IMG/VR virus record: IMGVR_UViG_3300014205_009245
Strand: one strand, 5' to 3'
Length of the DNA stretch: 64,000 nucleotides
Origin: an uncultured virus (IMG/VR IMGVR_UViG_3300014205_009245)
Taxonomy: Duplodnaviria > Heunggongvirae > Uroviricota > Caudoviricetes
The notes beneath the pieces are model-generated. The model did no database searches, was not told the origin of the DNA, and worked only from the letters and a program-made list of their open reading frames with translations. Below are positions 46,823-56,542 of this stretch, one piece after another. Made by a program: the position numbers and the translations under genes. The first letter of the stretch is position 1; each line of letters starts with the position of its first letter.

Positions 46823-47793
46823 TGGGTTTTCCCACTTTCAATTTTAAGCTCTTCTAGCGTGCAAGAGGCAGGTCCAAGTTTCGTCACAATTATGCTTGCA
46901 GCAATATTTGCCAATCTAAGTGAGTCTATTAAGGAGTTGCCAGCAGCTACTCCTGCCGAAAAGACACTTAACAATGTGTCACCTGCTCCAGTTACATCGA
47001 TTCTGTAATGTCTTTCAACCGATGGCTGATAAAAATGTGGACTAATAAAATGAACATTGTCATCCTCATCAACCAACAAGGCTCCCTCGGTAGATAGCGT
47101 GATAATTATACATTTTAAATCTAGATATTCTTTAAGTCGCTTCGCAATCATATCTACCGAATCATCTACATGGACCATTTGATAAGATTCTATACGATTA
47201 GGTGTTATACAAAATATTCCCTTGTATAAATCCTTATTTTTAGGCTTCACATCGGCAATAATCTTTCTTGCATCCAGCACAGTTCTCAAAAATTCCATAG
47301 TACTATTAGAAATAATTCCCTTCCCATAATCAGATATAACAACCATATCATACTCGTGCTTATTAATAATATCACGAATCAGGCCAAACATTAGATGTTT
47401 ATCTGGGTGAATATCACTTAACACATCTTCTTTATCATAACGGACTATGTGTTGGTCGCTGCCTATAACTCTGGTTTTAACAGTGGTCTTTATGTTACTT
47501 GATTCTACTATTTCACTCGTTTTGATTTGGCAGTCTGAAAGTAATTTTTTAACTATTTTACCATTAGAATCATTGCCAATAATACCAGCCAAATCTACAT
47601 TACAACCAATCGATTTAATATTACAGGCAACATTTGCCGCACCACCCGTTCTCCACAATTCATTGTCAATGTTCACCAATGGCACGGGAGCTTCCGGCGA
47701 TAATCTTTCCACTTTCCCAACTTTATAATGATCTAGTATAATATCCCCAATTACTAATATCTTAGCATTTGGTATGTTATTAAAATCTATCAT
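46819..47793 (-). CDS. hldE: heptose-7-phosphate kinase (HldE/RfaE kinase domain only, PfkB family)
   Basis: GDIILDHY..G.VERLSPEAPVP, GGAANVA, SDYGKG, TPN..E, DVTGAGDT. Confidence 0.9.
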   Translation of the reverse strand: MIDFNNIPNAKILVIGDIILDHYKVGKVERLSPEAPVPLVNIDNELWRTGGAANVACNIKSIGCNVDLAGIIGNDSNGKIVKKLLSDCQIKTSEIVESSNIKTTVKTRVIGSDQHIVRYDKEDVLSDIHPDKHLMFGLIRDIINKHEYDMVVISDYGKGIISNSTMEFLRTVLDARKIIADVKPKNKDLYKGIFCITPNRIESYQMVHVDDSVDMIAKRLKEYLDLKCIIITLSTEGALLVDEDDNVHFISPHFYQPSVERHYRIDVTGAGDTLLSVFSAGVAAGNSLIDSLRLANIAASIIVTKLGPASCTLEELKIESGKTQ

Positions 47794-48218
47794 TTATTGG
47801 CGTCCTCAATTATCCCTATCTGCCACTGATCTTTAAACTCGGATGCCAGACAGTCTATTTTATAATCCGACCTATTTTTATCATTAATCAAATTCAATAT
47901 GATATTCATCAAATTGTTTCGAACTCCGTTTAAGCTATGCGATAACCGCAATTTCTCAAGAGATTGGTCTTCCCCTTTTCTGGCAGCTGATTCGTTATAC
48001 CAAATGTGAGCATTCATTTGAGATAGCGCAACAATACAATGTATAAGGCGAGGAGTAATTTTAATGTCTTTTTCCTCAATTATTTTTCCCATGTCGTGAA
48101 GAATATCATCCATCTCTGAACGATATTTTTCTTTATGTTCTGATATAAAAATTTCTTTCAGCTGATGTATAGACAGCCTATCCACCAACTCCGCAAAATG
48201 TGGTAGCCACTTACGCAT
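47790..48218 (-). CDS. hypothetical helical protein
   Basis: AELVDRLSI.QLK, N..IW.NE, NGVRN; operonic. Confidence 0.65.
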   Translation of the reverse strand: MRKWLPHFAELVDRLSIHQLKEIFISEHKEKYRSEMDDILHDMGKIIEEKDIKITPRLIHCIVALSQMNAHIWYNESAARKGEDQSLEKLRLSHSLNGVRNNLMNIILNLINDKNRSDYKIDCLASEFKDQWQIGIIEDANK

Positions 48219-49194
48219 TTTTGAACCTTTCTAGGATGTTTCTCCATTCAGCGTAACAAACCATCTTATAATCACTTGTTTGCATTTTGTTAAAAATATC
48301 TGCTAATCTTTGTGCGGTTTTTGAAAAACCAAACTGTGTATAATATGATGCACTCACATTTCTGAATTCGGAATTCATCATTATTTTCATTTTCTCCGAC
48401 AAATCAAATTCAAATAGCTCTATATCATCCCTATTGCTATTTTTATAATAATCCTCTACACTAATTCCAGAAAAAAATAATCCAGTATCAGCATTTAAAT
48501 ATTTCCACCCACCGTAAATGTGCTTATTTAACAGAATGGGAACATTGCGCACCAACATTTCTGGAATTATTCTTGGACTAGAATCTCTGGTGCTAGGAAC
48601 TATTACAAATTTAACCGACGATACCAATTGACATATTTGCTTCTGATTCAAAATTTTATTTTTGATATGCAATTTGCTGTCTCTTATATACTTTCTTGTT
48701 CTACGCAAATATTCTTCTTCGATATCTCCTTGTTTAATTTCCGGGCCATAATTAATGACTACTCCTTTTAAACCAGCCATTGTGGCTGATTTTTCTATAC
48801 TGGGCAGCATATATAATCCCTTACAATTTATCCCTTGCATAGAATTAATCGTAAAATAAGCAAAATCCCATCTTTTTTTGGCTGAACCGCAATTTGTCGG
48901 AGTGGTATATTTATCACAGAAGTCAGATTCTGACAGAAGATATTTAGGAATATGGTCCGGAAACTTGTCTGGTTTCTTATACGGGTGACAAATTGCCTTA
49001 ATATGAGATGACCATTCAAAAACTTTCTCATTGAATATATAATTGCATGTAATCAGCGCAGAGTTCTCATTGAGAGCATTCCGTTGGCTATTGACATCCA
49101 TCGGTTTACGAAGAATGTGATTATTTATTTTAACAATCTTATTGTCGCCATTTAAGGCAATGAGGGGTAGGTATTGTTTTGAACTAACTTTCAT
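48211..49194 (-). CDS. putative GT-B glycosyltransferase
   Basis: SESDF, VPSTRDSSPRIIPEML...PIL, GGWKY...TGLFF. Confidence 0.65.
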   Translation of the reverse strand: MKVSSKQYLPLIALNGDNKIVKINNHILRKPMDVNSQRNALNENSALITCNYIFNEKVFEWSSHIKAICHPYKKPDKFPDHIPKYLLSESDFCDKYTTPTNCGSAKKRWDFAYFTINSMQGINCKGLYMLPSIEKSATMAGLKGVVINYGPEIKQGDIEEEYLRRTRKYIRDSKLHIKNKILNQKQICQLVSSVKFVIVPSTRDSSPRIIPEMLVRNVPILLNKHIYGGWKYLNADTGLFFSGISVEDYYKNSNRDDIELFEFDLSEKMKIMMNSEFRNVSASYYTQFGFSKTAQRLADIFNKMQTSDYKMVCYAEWRNILERFKNA

Positions 49195-50104
49195 CGAGCA
49201 CCTTGAGAAAAAATGATAAATATTCTTTTGCTACAAAGCTTATATATAGATTGCCATTAACAATACTAATAGGTTTATTTTCCATTTCTATCATCGCATT
49301 AGCAATCTCTGTAACATCCAGCCTCGGCGGATTGTAATAATCACATGGTTTGAAATTCCATTGCTGATCACGAATCGGTATGCCACATTTATCTGCAATA
49401 TATGAATGCCCACCACTGTCAGAATATATAACCGGACATCCAGCTACTATTGATTCTACCATCGAGTTTGGGCACCAATCAATCCAAGACAAGTGTAGTG
49501 AAGCCAGAGATTGTGACAACAAAACATTTAGTTGTGCTGAATTTTGCCATCCCACATATTTAATCCCAGGATTTTTATTTATTTTATGTTTAATACCATC
49601 TAATTTACCGGCAACAATTAAGTTCGATTGTAGACCGAATTTCTTTGATTTCAGATAACCAGAAATGATATCATCCAATCTTTTATGTGGCCTCCATCGG
49701 CAGCTTGCTAAAAATATTTTTTGAGGGGATCTTGGCAAAAACTCTTCAGGAGAAGCTCCGTTAGATATGCATGCAGAATTTCTATGATTTAAACCCAAAA
49801 ATCGTTCGTATGCCTGCATGCAAAATTTATTCTGGTATACCACTCCATCTGATTTATGCGCTAATTTTAATATTGATTTATTTTTGGACCGGTCTACTTT
49901 GTTATCAATAATAATTCCATTCAATCTTAATATGTTTTTGGCCCCCTTTTTTATGCTATGCCCAGGCAAAAGTAAATATATGTGGGGATTTTTGTTTACA
50001 ACCGAAACGCCCATTCTCTCAAATTCGGTTTTGAGTCTATATAAAAACTTATGCTTCCCGGAACCATCCAGTTTATCAAGATTTTCACTAAATCCAATTC
50101 TCAT
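49184..50104 (-). CDS. glycosyltransferase family 4
   Basis: ISNG, WRPHKR, DWCPNSMVESIVAGCPVI...GG. Confidence 0.88.
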   Translation of the reverse strand: MRIGFSENLDKLDGSGKHKFLYRLKTEFERMGVSVVNKNPHIYLLLPGHSIKKGAKNILRLNGIIIDNKVDRSKNKSILKLAHKSDGVVYQNKFCMQAYERFLGLNHRNSACISNGASPEEFLPRSPQKIFLASCRWRPHKRLDDIISGYLKSKKFGLQSNLIVAGKLDGIKHKINKNPGIKYVGWQNSAQLNVLLSQSLASLHLSWIDWCPNSMVESIVAGCPVIYSDSGGHSYIADKCGIPIRDQQWNFKPCDYYNPPRLDVTEIANAMIEMENKPISIVNGNLYISFVAKEYLSFFLKVLDES

Positions 50105-50922
50105 CTTTTAACAATTCTGTATTGCCATAAAATGGTATTTAGAGTACCTTTTCTTTTTGCGTGTATATACTCACTCACTGGAACAATGCTTTTTATCATA
50201 GTATCTACACCATCGATGGGCACTAACTGTTTCACAAAAACGGGAAGGGTAAACTTGATTCCTAGTTTATTTTTTATAGAATAATCCACAAAATGGCTCC
50301 TAACGTATTGGCCCTTCTTATAAAAGTTGGTTGCGTGATAGATATCTCTAGTGACACAATATTTTTTAAATTGTCCTTTTCTTGCTCTTTTTGACCCATA
50401 GACCTCCGCTTGCCAGGCGTTTTCCCCTTCTTTCAGAATTCTTGACAAATATTTTTTTTGGGTCCACGACGGCTGCGCACTCCAGAGATAGGAATATTTG
50501 TTGCTAAGTTCCTTAATAAGCCCACTGTCAACGCTGGAGAAATTGACGTTGATATCAGATTTACCAGAAAATTTTACATTCCTGTTATGGGTCAGTCTTA
50601 ATGACCCAACATTAGGATTGTCCATCATAAATTTCCAGGTTTGTTCAAACTCTTCTTTATTATGTCGTTCTATCATAATATGGTCTTCGCAGCATAACAG
50701 GAAAACATCTTCTTCAATATAATCCAAAGCAAATAACAGATTTGCAGAAAATTGTTTATCTGCGTGTGTTATTATTTGGCATCTTTTGTCATTCACCGAA
50801 ATAGATCCATCGGTGACACAGTAAATTTTATCAAATATGCCATGCTTAAGGCATTCTTTACAAAATATGGGTATTACTGTGCAAAACTTTCTTGGGCACT
50901 GAATTAGTACGGTTTTTTTCAC
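50101..50922 (-). CDS. putative glycosyltransferase-like protein, paralogue of 22134-22868
   Basis: CEDHI, SAQPSW, GENAWQAEVYGS. Confidence 0.6.
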   Translation of the reverse strand: MKKTVLIQCPRKFCTVIPIFCKECLKHGIFDKIYCVTDGSISVNDKRCQIITHADKQFSANLLFALDYIEEDVFLLCCEDHIMIERHNKEEFEQTWKFMMDNPNVGSLRLTHNRNVKFSGKSDINVNFSSVDSGLIKELSNKYSYLWSAQPSWTQKKYLSRILKEGENAWQAEVYGSKRARKGQFKKYCVTRDIYHATNFYKKGQYVRSHFVDYSIKNKLGIKFTLPVFVKQLVPIDGVDTMIKSIVPVSEYIHAKRKGTLNTILWQYRIVKR

Positions 50923-51833
50923 TTAATAGTCTCTAATATTGCATCTAAATATTGTTTAACTATGTTTTTGATGTGTAAATCTGGTCTATCTGCTCTTACG
51001 GTAATTGTTTTGAGTCTACTAATACCATCGGCGACTACATCATCTTTTAAATTATCAAACTTCATATTATCAACTGGTCGGAAATCCCAACGATCAATAT
51101 CCATAATAACACCGTTTGATCTAACAATTTCTGGAGTACCCCCAAGATTAGAGCATAAAATATTAAGTCCGCACGCCAGTCCTTCTACGACTGCATTGGG
51201 ACATGAATCAATATGGCATAAATGAATTTGGTAGCTGCAAGATTTCATTATTGAAATAATTTTTCGCCACGACAAATTACCGAGATAGTGAATATTCGGA
51301 TGTTTAATCGGATTTTTGATGCCATCGCCAATCATATATAAATGCTCTGAAATGCCCGCCGCCAAAAACCCTCTCACGATCGAATTGGGTCTTTTATTAC
51401 TCCTCCACCCGGCACATGCCACAAATGAGCCAGGAACAACATTTGTGCTAGGAGTAATTTCATTTATCTCATCAAAATCTATTCCATTATAAATTACACA
51501 TGATTTTTTGATATTTGTTGAAATAAATTTATTACACATTTTCTTGGAAAAATTAGATTGAAATATTATTCCAGAGCTTAGAAGGATGGATTTTTTTAAA
51601 GATTTATTCATTTTTATTCTTTTTTTATCATAATAACATCCGTCCAATCTAAGTATGCACGGCTTTTTGTGAGACTTGTTTTTAATATTTACAAAACAAA
51701 TTTCTGCGTCAAAATATTTTTTAGGATCAGAAACCAGCAGCACATCACTATACTTATTAAAGCCATTAATTAGTCTTTTTCTAAAAACTTTTGGCCCACC
51801 AGAAAAACCATTTGTATTAATATATAGTACCAT
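50919..51833 (-). CDS. glycosyltransferase family 4
   Basis: GGPKVF, IYNG, WRSNKR, DSCPNAVVEGLACG, GGTPE. Confidence 0.9.
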   Translation of the reverse strand: MVLYINTNGFSGGPKVFRKRLINGFNKYSDVLLVSDPKKYFDAEICFVNIKNKSHKKPCILRLDGCYYDKKRIKMNKSLKKSILLSSGIIFQSNFSKKMCNKFISTNIKKSCVIYNGIDFDEINEITPSTNVVPGSFVACAGWRSNKRPNSIVRGFLAAGISEHLYMIGDGIKNPIKHPNIHYLGNLSWRKIISIMKSCSYQIHLCHIDSCPNAVVEGLACGLNILCSNLGGTPEIVRSNGVIMDIDRWDFRPVDNMKFDNLKDDVVADGISRLKTITVRADRPDLHIKNIVKQYLDAILETIK

Positions 51834-52540
51834 TAATCCAACATCCGAACACCAGACAAGTCTGTTTTTCTCTTTTCAATTAGACTTAAAACAGTTTTTT
51901 GTAATTTTTTGTTTTCAGATAACTTCTGAGACGACCTGCTCATTTGGTTTTTGTGTATTCTGTAATAAGATACAAATTCCGATACAGTGCCAATATTAAA
52001 ACCATAGTTAAATATTCGGGCCCACATTTCTCGGTCACTTTTGCATCGTAACTTCTCATCATATAATCCTATTTTTCTATGTATGTCTTTACGAAGCATC
52101 ACACCCTGTGCGTGAACATGTTTATATGTAGGCTTTTTTAGCCATTTCTCCCACAATCTGGATTTAGACGTTTTGCCATCAATTAAATCTATGGCTGGGC
52201 CATGCACGAAATCGTACCCTTTCTGTATTTTATTGTATCTACAAGATATACTGTTAGTAGTTAACATATCATCTGCATCTAGCATGACAAGTATTTCAGA
52301 TTTTGCGGACATAATTCCAACATTTTTTGCGTGAGAATATCCCCTATTCTTTTTAAGTCTTATATATTTAATTCTTTTATTATCGAATTTTTTAATGACA
52401 GAATACGGGTTATCTCTTGAGCCGTCATCCACAATTATCATTTCTGAGTCCAAAAAATTTTGTCCCAAAAAAGAGATAATTGCCTCTCCAATATATTTTT
52501 TATAATTAAATAGAGTTGTTATAACACTAACTTCCATCAT
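51833..52540 (-). CDS. glycosyltransferase family 2
   Basis: IVDDGS, MLDADD, GLYDE, SDREMW. Confidence 0.92.
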   Translation of the reverse strand: MMEVSVITTLFNYKKYIGEAIISFLGQNFLDSEMIIVDDGSRDNPYSVIKKFDNKRIKYIRLKKNRGYSHAKNVGIMSAKSEILVMLDADDMLTTNSISCRYNKIQKGYDFVHGPAIDLIDGKTSKSRLWEKWLKKPTYKHVHAQGVMLRKDIHRKIGLYDEKLRCKSDREMWARIFNYGFNIGTVSEFVSYYRIHKNQMSRSSQKLSENKKLQKTVLSLIEKRKTDLSGVRMLD

Positions 52541-53331
52541 TTTCCCTTATTCGCCACCCGTATAATTTTATATGCAGATATATTATTCCTTTCCCTATTC
52601 TCTGCAAATTGCCCCATCAATTTATGCCAAAATTCTCTTCGTTGACCTCCGTATTTAGATGATATACTATTAGAGTGACCCGTTCTATATCTATAGCACA
52701 CTCTGTCGGTAAATATCCCTTTTGCTTTTTCTTCTAATGACAATCCCATAAATTGGTCTATGGCATATCGAGCTTTTCTAGGAAAAATGTCCAGATAGTT
52801 CGGAATTCGCTTCGAAAAAGTCCGAAAATGAGAGTAAATATGTTCATTAAACTTAATACCCTCTGATAGAATAGTCTCTTTTTTTCTTGGCTCTCTACTA
52901 AAACCAATTCTAATAGTTTTCATATCCTGATCGCATATTTCAAATTGAGTATATATGTATCCAATGTCGGCATACTTACGATAAAGTCGCATAACATGCT
53001 CCACTGATTTGGGGGTAAGAGCATCGTCAACATCTAGCACTCCCATAAAATACCCCGTAGCATGTTGTGCTGCCGTCAATAACCCACTACCATATTTGAG
53101 TAATTTCCTGTGACGCAATATTAGGAGGTTGATGCCAGCATCGCGAAATTTTGCATTTAAAGAACATAATTTATCAACCGACTTATCACTAGAACTGTCA
53201 TCTACAAAAACGACTTCTAATGGCCTATACCCCTGATTTAATATGGAATCAAACCAACAATCTAAATATTCTTCACCATTACGACAAGACGTCAGTAGAG
53301 AAAAGGTTTTAATATATTTGTTCTTAGACAT
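52537..53331 (-). CDS. glycosyltransferase family 2 (tandem paralogue)
   Basis: VDDSSSD, GVLDVDD, YTQF, SHFRTFS. Confidence 0.88.
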   Translation of the reverse strand: MSKNKYIKTFSLLTSCRNGEEYLDCWFDSILNQGYRPLEVVFVDDSSSDKSVDKLCSLNAKFRDAGINLLILRHRKLLKYGSGLLTAAQHATGYFMGVLDVDDALTPKSVEHVMRLYRKYADIGYIYTQFEICDQDMKTIRIGFSREPRKKETILSEGIKFNEHIYSHFRTFSKRIPNYLDIFPRKARYAIDQFMGLSLEEKAKGIFTDRVCYRYRTGHSNSISSKYGGQRREFWHKLMGQFAENRERNNISAYKIIRVANKGK

Positions 53332-54127
53332 TAATCGACCTAATTGGAAAAGGATTTATATGATGTATCATTCTTCGCTTCTTAGCCCCGCGGATTACCA
53401 TTTCCCATGTTGGTTTAGAATTTTTATTAGTCACACTGCTGCGCACTCCTTCTCTATATTTATAGCATTCCTTATTAACAAACGCCCCCGGCCCCATTTC
53501 TTCAAGCTTATATCCCATATACTTGTCAACCGCGCGTTTTAGCCCTGAGCAAAATACTGTGTCTTTGTCTATCTTGTTGGAGAATGTTCTCCAATGAGAA
53601 AAAGTATGAACTTTTCCCATGCTCAACATAGATTCGCCAGGATCGGGAGGCTGGGATATTCCACTTTTTTTGTATACCATATCACTATTACATATTTGAA
53701 ATTGAGTCCATAAGTACGTTAAGTCTTTATTTTTTTCATAAATACTAGAAACAAAAGAGCACGAGTGTTGCATCAGCATATCATCTGCATCTAAAACCCC
53801 GAAATACCTCCCAATTGACTGCGACGCTGCAATACGGTAAGCCGTTGAACAACCCGATTTAGACACATTTGATATAATGGTAAATCCAATATCATTGTCC
53901 CTAAGTAATGATCTGCAATTAATAATATATTGAAGGCTATTATCTGTCGATGAGTCATCCACCCATGTCAGGCAGATGGGCCTATAATCTTGAGAAATAA
54001 CAGAGTTCAGGCAATCTTTTATATATTTAAATTTGTTATGACAGGCAGTCAAAATTACAAATGCTTTACTATCTTTGTTATTATATTTATCAATAATTCT
54101 GGTCCTGTATTTATGAAATTCTATCAT
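53324..54127 (-). CDS. glycosyltransferase family 2 (tandem paralogue)
   Basis: VDDSSTD, GVLDADD, WTQF, SHWRTFS. Confidence 0.88.
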   Translation of the reverse strand: MIEFHKYRTRIIDKYNNKDSKAFVILTACHNKFKYIKDCLNSVISQDYRPICLTWVDDSSTDNSLQYIINCRSLLRDNDIGFTIISNVSKSGCSTAYRIAASQSIGRYFGVLDADDMLMQHSCSFVSSIYEKNKDLTYLWTQFQICNSDMVYKKSGISQPPDPGESMLSMGKVHTFSHWRTFSNKIDKDTVFCSGLKRAVDKYMGYKLEEMGPGAFVNKECYKYREGVRSSVTNKNSKPTWEMVIRGAKKRRMIHHINPFPIRSINV

Positions 54128-54879
54128 GATATTCTCTGAATATTTCTTACTCTAACTCCGTTTTTATTCCTTTTATTGTTCATTTCGTGGGCAATTTTTA
54201 ACCACGTTGATTTTTGGTCCTTTGCATTTAGCAGGGACATATTGCCATTATAATACCTGTATAAATATAGTTTTTTGTTCAAAAAAGCTCCTTGTCCCAA
54301 TTCCTCTAGAACAAACCCCATATTCTTATCAACTGCATATTTTAATCCTTCCGGAAAAATCTCCGATGCACTTGCAATTGATTTTCTAAAAGTTCGCCAA
54401 TGCGAAAAGCAATGTTTTTTAGACCCTATAGCGGCACTAACCAAAGAATGTCCCTTAGTCGGCAAAGAGGAGATTCCACCACGTATTGGTCTTAGTTTAA
54501 TATCGCACCAATAATGTTGAGTATAAATAAAATCTACCTCTGGATGCTCAATATACTTCTGAACAATAATTTCCACAGCATTATTATCTATCGCATCATC
54601 TGCGTCCAAAACACCGCATATTTCGCCAGATGCATGTTCTAGAGCTTTTGCATATGCAGACGAGCAGAACATGCGACTACTATTGAAAAGAACCTTTATT
54701 CTATCATCGTTAAACTTTCTCAAAATATCACCCGAACCATCAGAACTACAATCATCCACAATAATCCATTCTATATTAGAATATTTTTGAGACATCACAC
54801 TGCGCACGCAATCTCGAAGATATTTATGACTATTATAGCAAGCAGTTATTATAGAAAATTTAGGATTCTTATTTAGCAT
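54124..54879 (-). CDS. glycosyltransferase family 2 (tandem paralogue)
   Basis: VDDCSSD, GVLDADD, YTQH, SHWRTF. Confidence 0.9.
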   Translation of the reverse strand: MLNKNPKFSIITACYNSHKYLRDCVRSVMSQKYSNIEWIIVDDCSSDGSGDILRKFNDDRIKVLFNSSRMFCSSAYAKALEHASGEICGVLDADDAIDNNAVEIIVQKYIEHPEVDFIYTQHYWCDIKLRPIRGGISSLPTKGHSLVSAAIGSKKHCFSHWRTFRKSIASASEIFPEGLKYAVDKNMGFVLEELGQGAFLNKKLYLYRYYNGNMSLLNAKDQKSTWLKIAHEMNNKRNKNGVRVRNIQRIS

Positions 54880-56257
54880 CTACGACGGACTCAAATAATT
54901 GTGCATATTTGCAGGCAGTATGCCTAACATGCAGTCGGGCATCAAAATCTTTTGCTGTTTTTTCACGTATTTCCTCCAAATATTTTGAATTTTTCGCCAA
55001 CTGAGATATTCTAAGACAAAATATGTCCCTATCTCTGCATAAAAATCCATTTTCTCCCTCCACGACGAGTTCTGAGCAGCCGCCGTACTTCTTACAAAGA
55101 ACAGGGACACCAGCAGCAAGGGACTCAAGTATCGCCACGCTAGCTCCTTCGTCACTAAAGGTTTCATAAAAATAAATATCTAGGTCTTTAATAATTGACA
55201 TTTTCATATTCCGATCTTCTATAGGACCGTGATAAGTAAGCCACGATTTATATTTAGGCGACATTAGTCTGGCTTCTTTGTTTGAACCCAACAAATGGTG
55301 TGAAAATCCTGGAACTATTTTGTGTATTTTTTTGTCCATCCATGAAAGAGAATCTATCCTGAATTTCCCAGAAACTAATCTGTGGCACCTGCCAGTTTTA
55401 AATTCGCCCGACAACCCAAATGGTTCTATACTACTAATATAATCATTTTCGATTCCATTCAAAATGATTATTCTTCTAGTCGGATGGATGGCATCCAACC
55501 AAATCGTTCTATCGTGTAAAAATTTGCATACAGAAACATATGCGTCACATTGAGTAAACCCCCTAACCCTATTCATACTATTCCATGTATGATTCAATAA
55601 AACATATTTACATTTCTCTGGAATATATTTTTTTAAACAGGACGAAACCGCAATTCTATGATGAAGAACCACATCCACACAATTTTCGGTTAAATATTGA
55701 TGAAAATTTTGAGACTCCACCATGTTTGCTTTGCACCCATATGAATTGACAAGGGTTTTTGCAAGAGCAATTTTCCCATTTCTGGTAATACCTACCAAAT
55801 GATTAGTTGTAAATTCCCCAAAATATTTGTTTAGTCCGTTGAACAACTCCATCATCATGGTTTGGGCACCTCCCATGCCAAAACTTTCTATGACGTGGCA
55901 TATATTAATGTGTTTATTGGGAGTATAGTCATTGTAATGCTTGAATTCTAATTTTAAAGGAGATGATGACGGCAGAATTGCAACTTGCGAGATTCTAGAT
56001 TTCGAAGTCTTATTTGCTATTCTTCTTTTTTGTTGTTCTAGTCGAGATCGATTTTTTATTACTCGCCGATCCGATTGTCCAATTGAATCATTAGATTGAA
56101 CGTTCGAACCATGATAGGAAGGTGCATTAACTACATGAGATCGTTTGCGCTTGTCTGCCTTATCTTGCGAGATCCTGCGCCTTTCAGCAATAGACAAAAC
56201 CTTGCGACGAGCTAATAATTTACTCCGATGTTCCCTCAGGGCTTTGCCGCGGCGCAT
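54869..56257 (-). CDS. glycosyltransferase family 4 with Arg/Lys-rich N-terminal extension
   Basis: GGAQ, I.NGI, EGASVAILESLAAGVPV, ELVVEGENGFL; first ~90 aa highly basic. Confidence 0.88.
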   Translation of the reverse strand: MRRGKALREHRSKLLARRKVLSIAERRRISQDKADKRKRSHVVNAPSYHGSNVQSNDSIGQSDRRVIKNRSRLEQQKRRIANKTSKSRISQVAILPSSSPLKLEFKHYNDYTPNKHINICHVIESFGMGGAQTMMMELFNGLNKYFGEFTTNHLVGITRNGKIALAKTLVNSYGCKANMVESQNFHQYLTENCVDVVLHHRIAVSSCLKKYIPEKCKYVLLNHTWNSMNRVRGFTQCDAYVSVCKFLHDRTIWLDAIHPTRRIIILNGIENDYISSIEPFGLSGEFKTGRCHRLVSGKFRIDSLSWMDKKIHKIVPGFSHHLLGSNKEARLMSPKYKSWLTYHGPIEDRNMKMSIIKDLDIYFYETFSDEGASVAILESLAAGVPVLCKKYGGCSELVVEGENGFLCRDRDIFCLRISQLAKNSKYLEEIREKTAKDFDARLHVRHTACKYAQLFESVVDAK

Positions 56258-56471
56258 AAATCAATCCTTCGCAATTGTCCCCTTTGGCATTCATTTGGGA
56301 TTGGTTGTCAATAACTTTTCTTAGATCAGGAATATTTTTTACACAAAAAAACTCTACCGCCCCGTCGTCTCCCGTCGGAAAGGCCACAATGTACTTACAG
56401 CATTCGCTCTGTCTATATTTGCAGGTATTAATCAAGTACCCATCTTCAATAATCAAAGATTTAGACGGCAT
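56220..56471 (-). CDS. small Cys-rich hypothetical protein
   Basis: CK....CCKYI, FCVK, AKGDNCEG. Confidence 0.6.
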   Translation of the reverse strand: MPSKSLIIEDGYLINTCKYRQSECCKYIVAFPTGDDGAVEFFCVKNIPDLRKVIDNQSQMNAKGDNCEGLIYAPRQSPEGTSE

Positions 56472-56476
56472 AATTC

Positions 56477-56528
56477 ATTATACCACAAAAGAATCCCGCG
56501 ACATCAATAATCGCGAGATTCTTTTGTG
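56477..56528 (-). terminator. 18-bp hairpin (terminator-like) overlapping an extended -10 promoter at the head of the glycan island
   Basis: Arms 56484-56501 and 56511-56528 (one G-U pair on the minus strand); TGGTATAAT at 56477-56485. Confidence 0.6.
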
Positions 56529-56542
56529 ACCTCTATCCGAAA

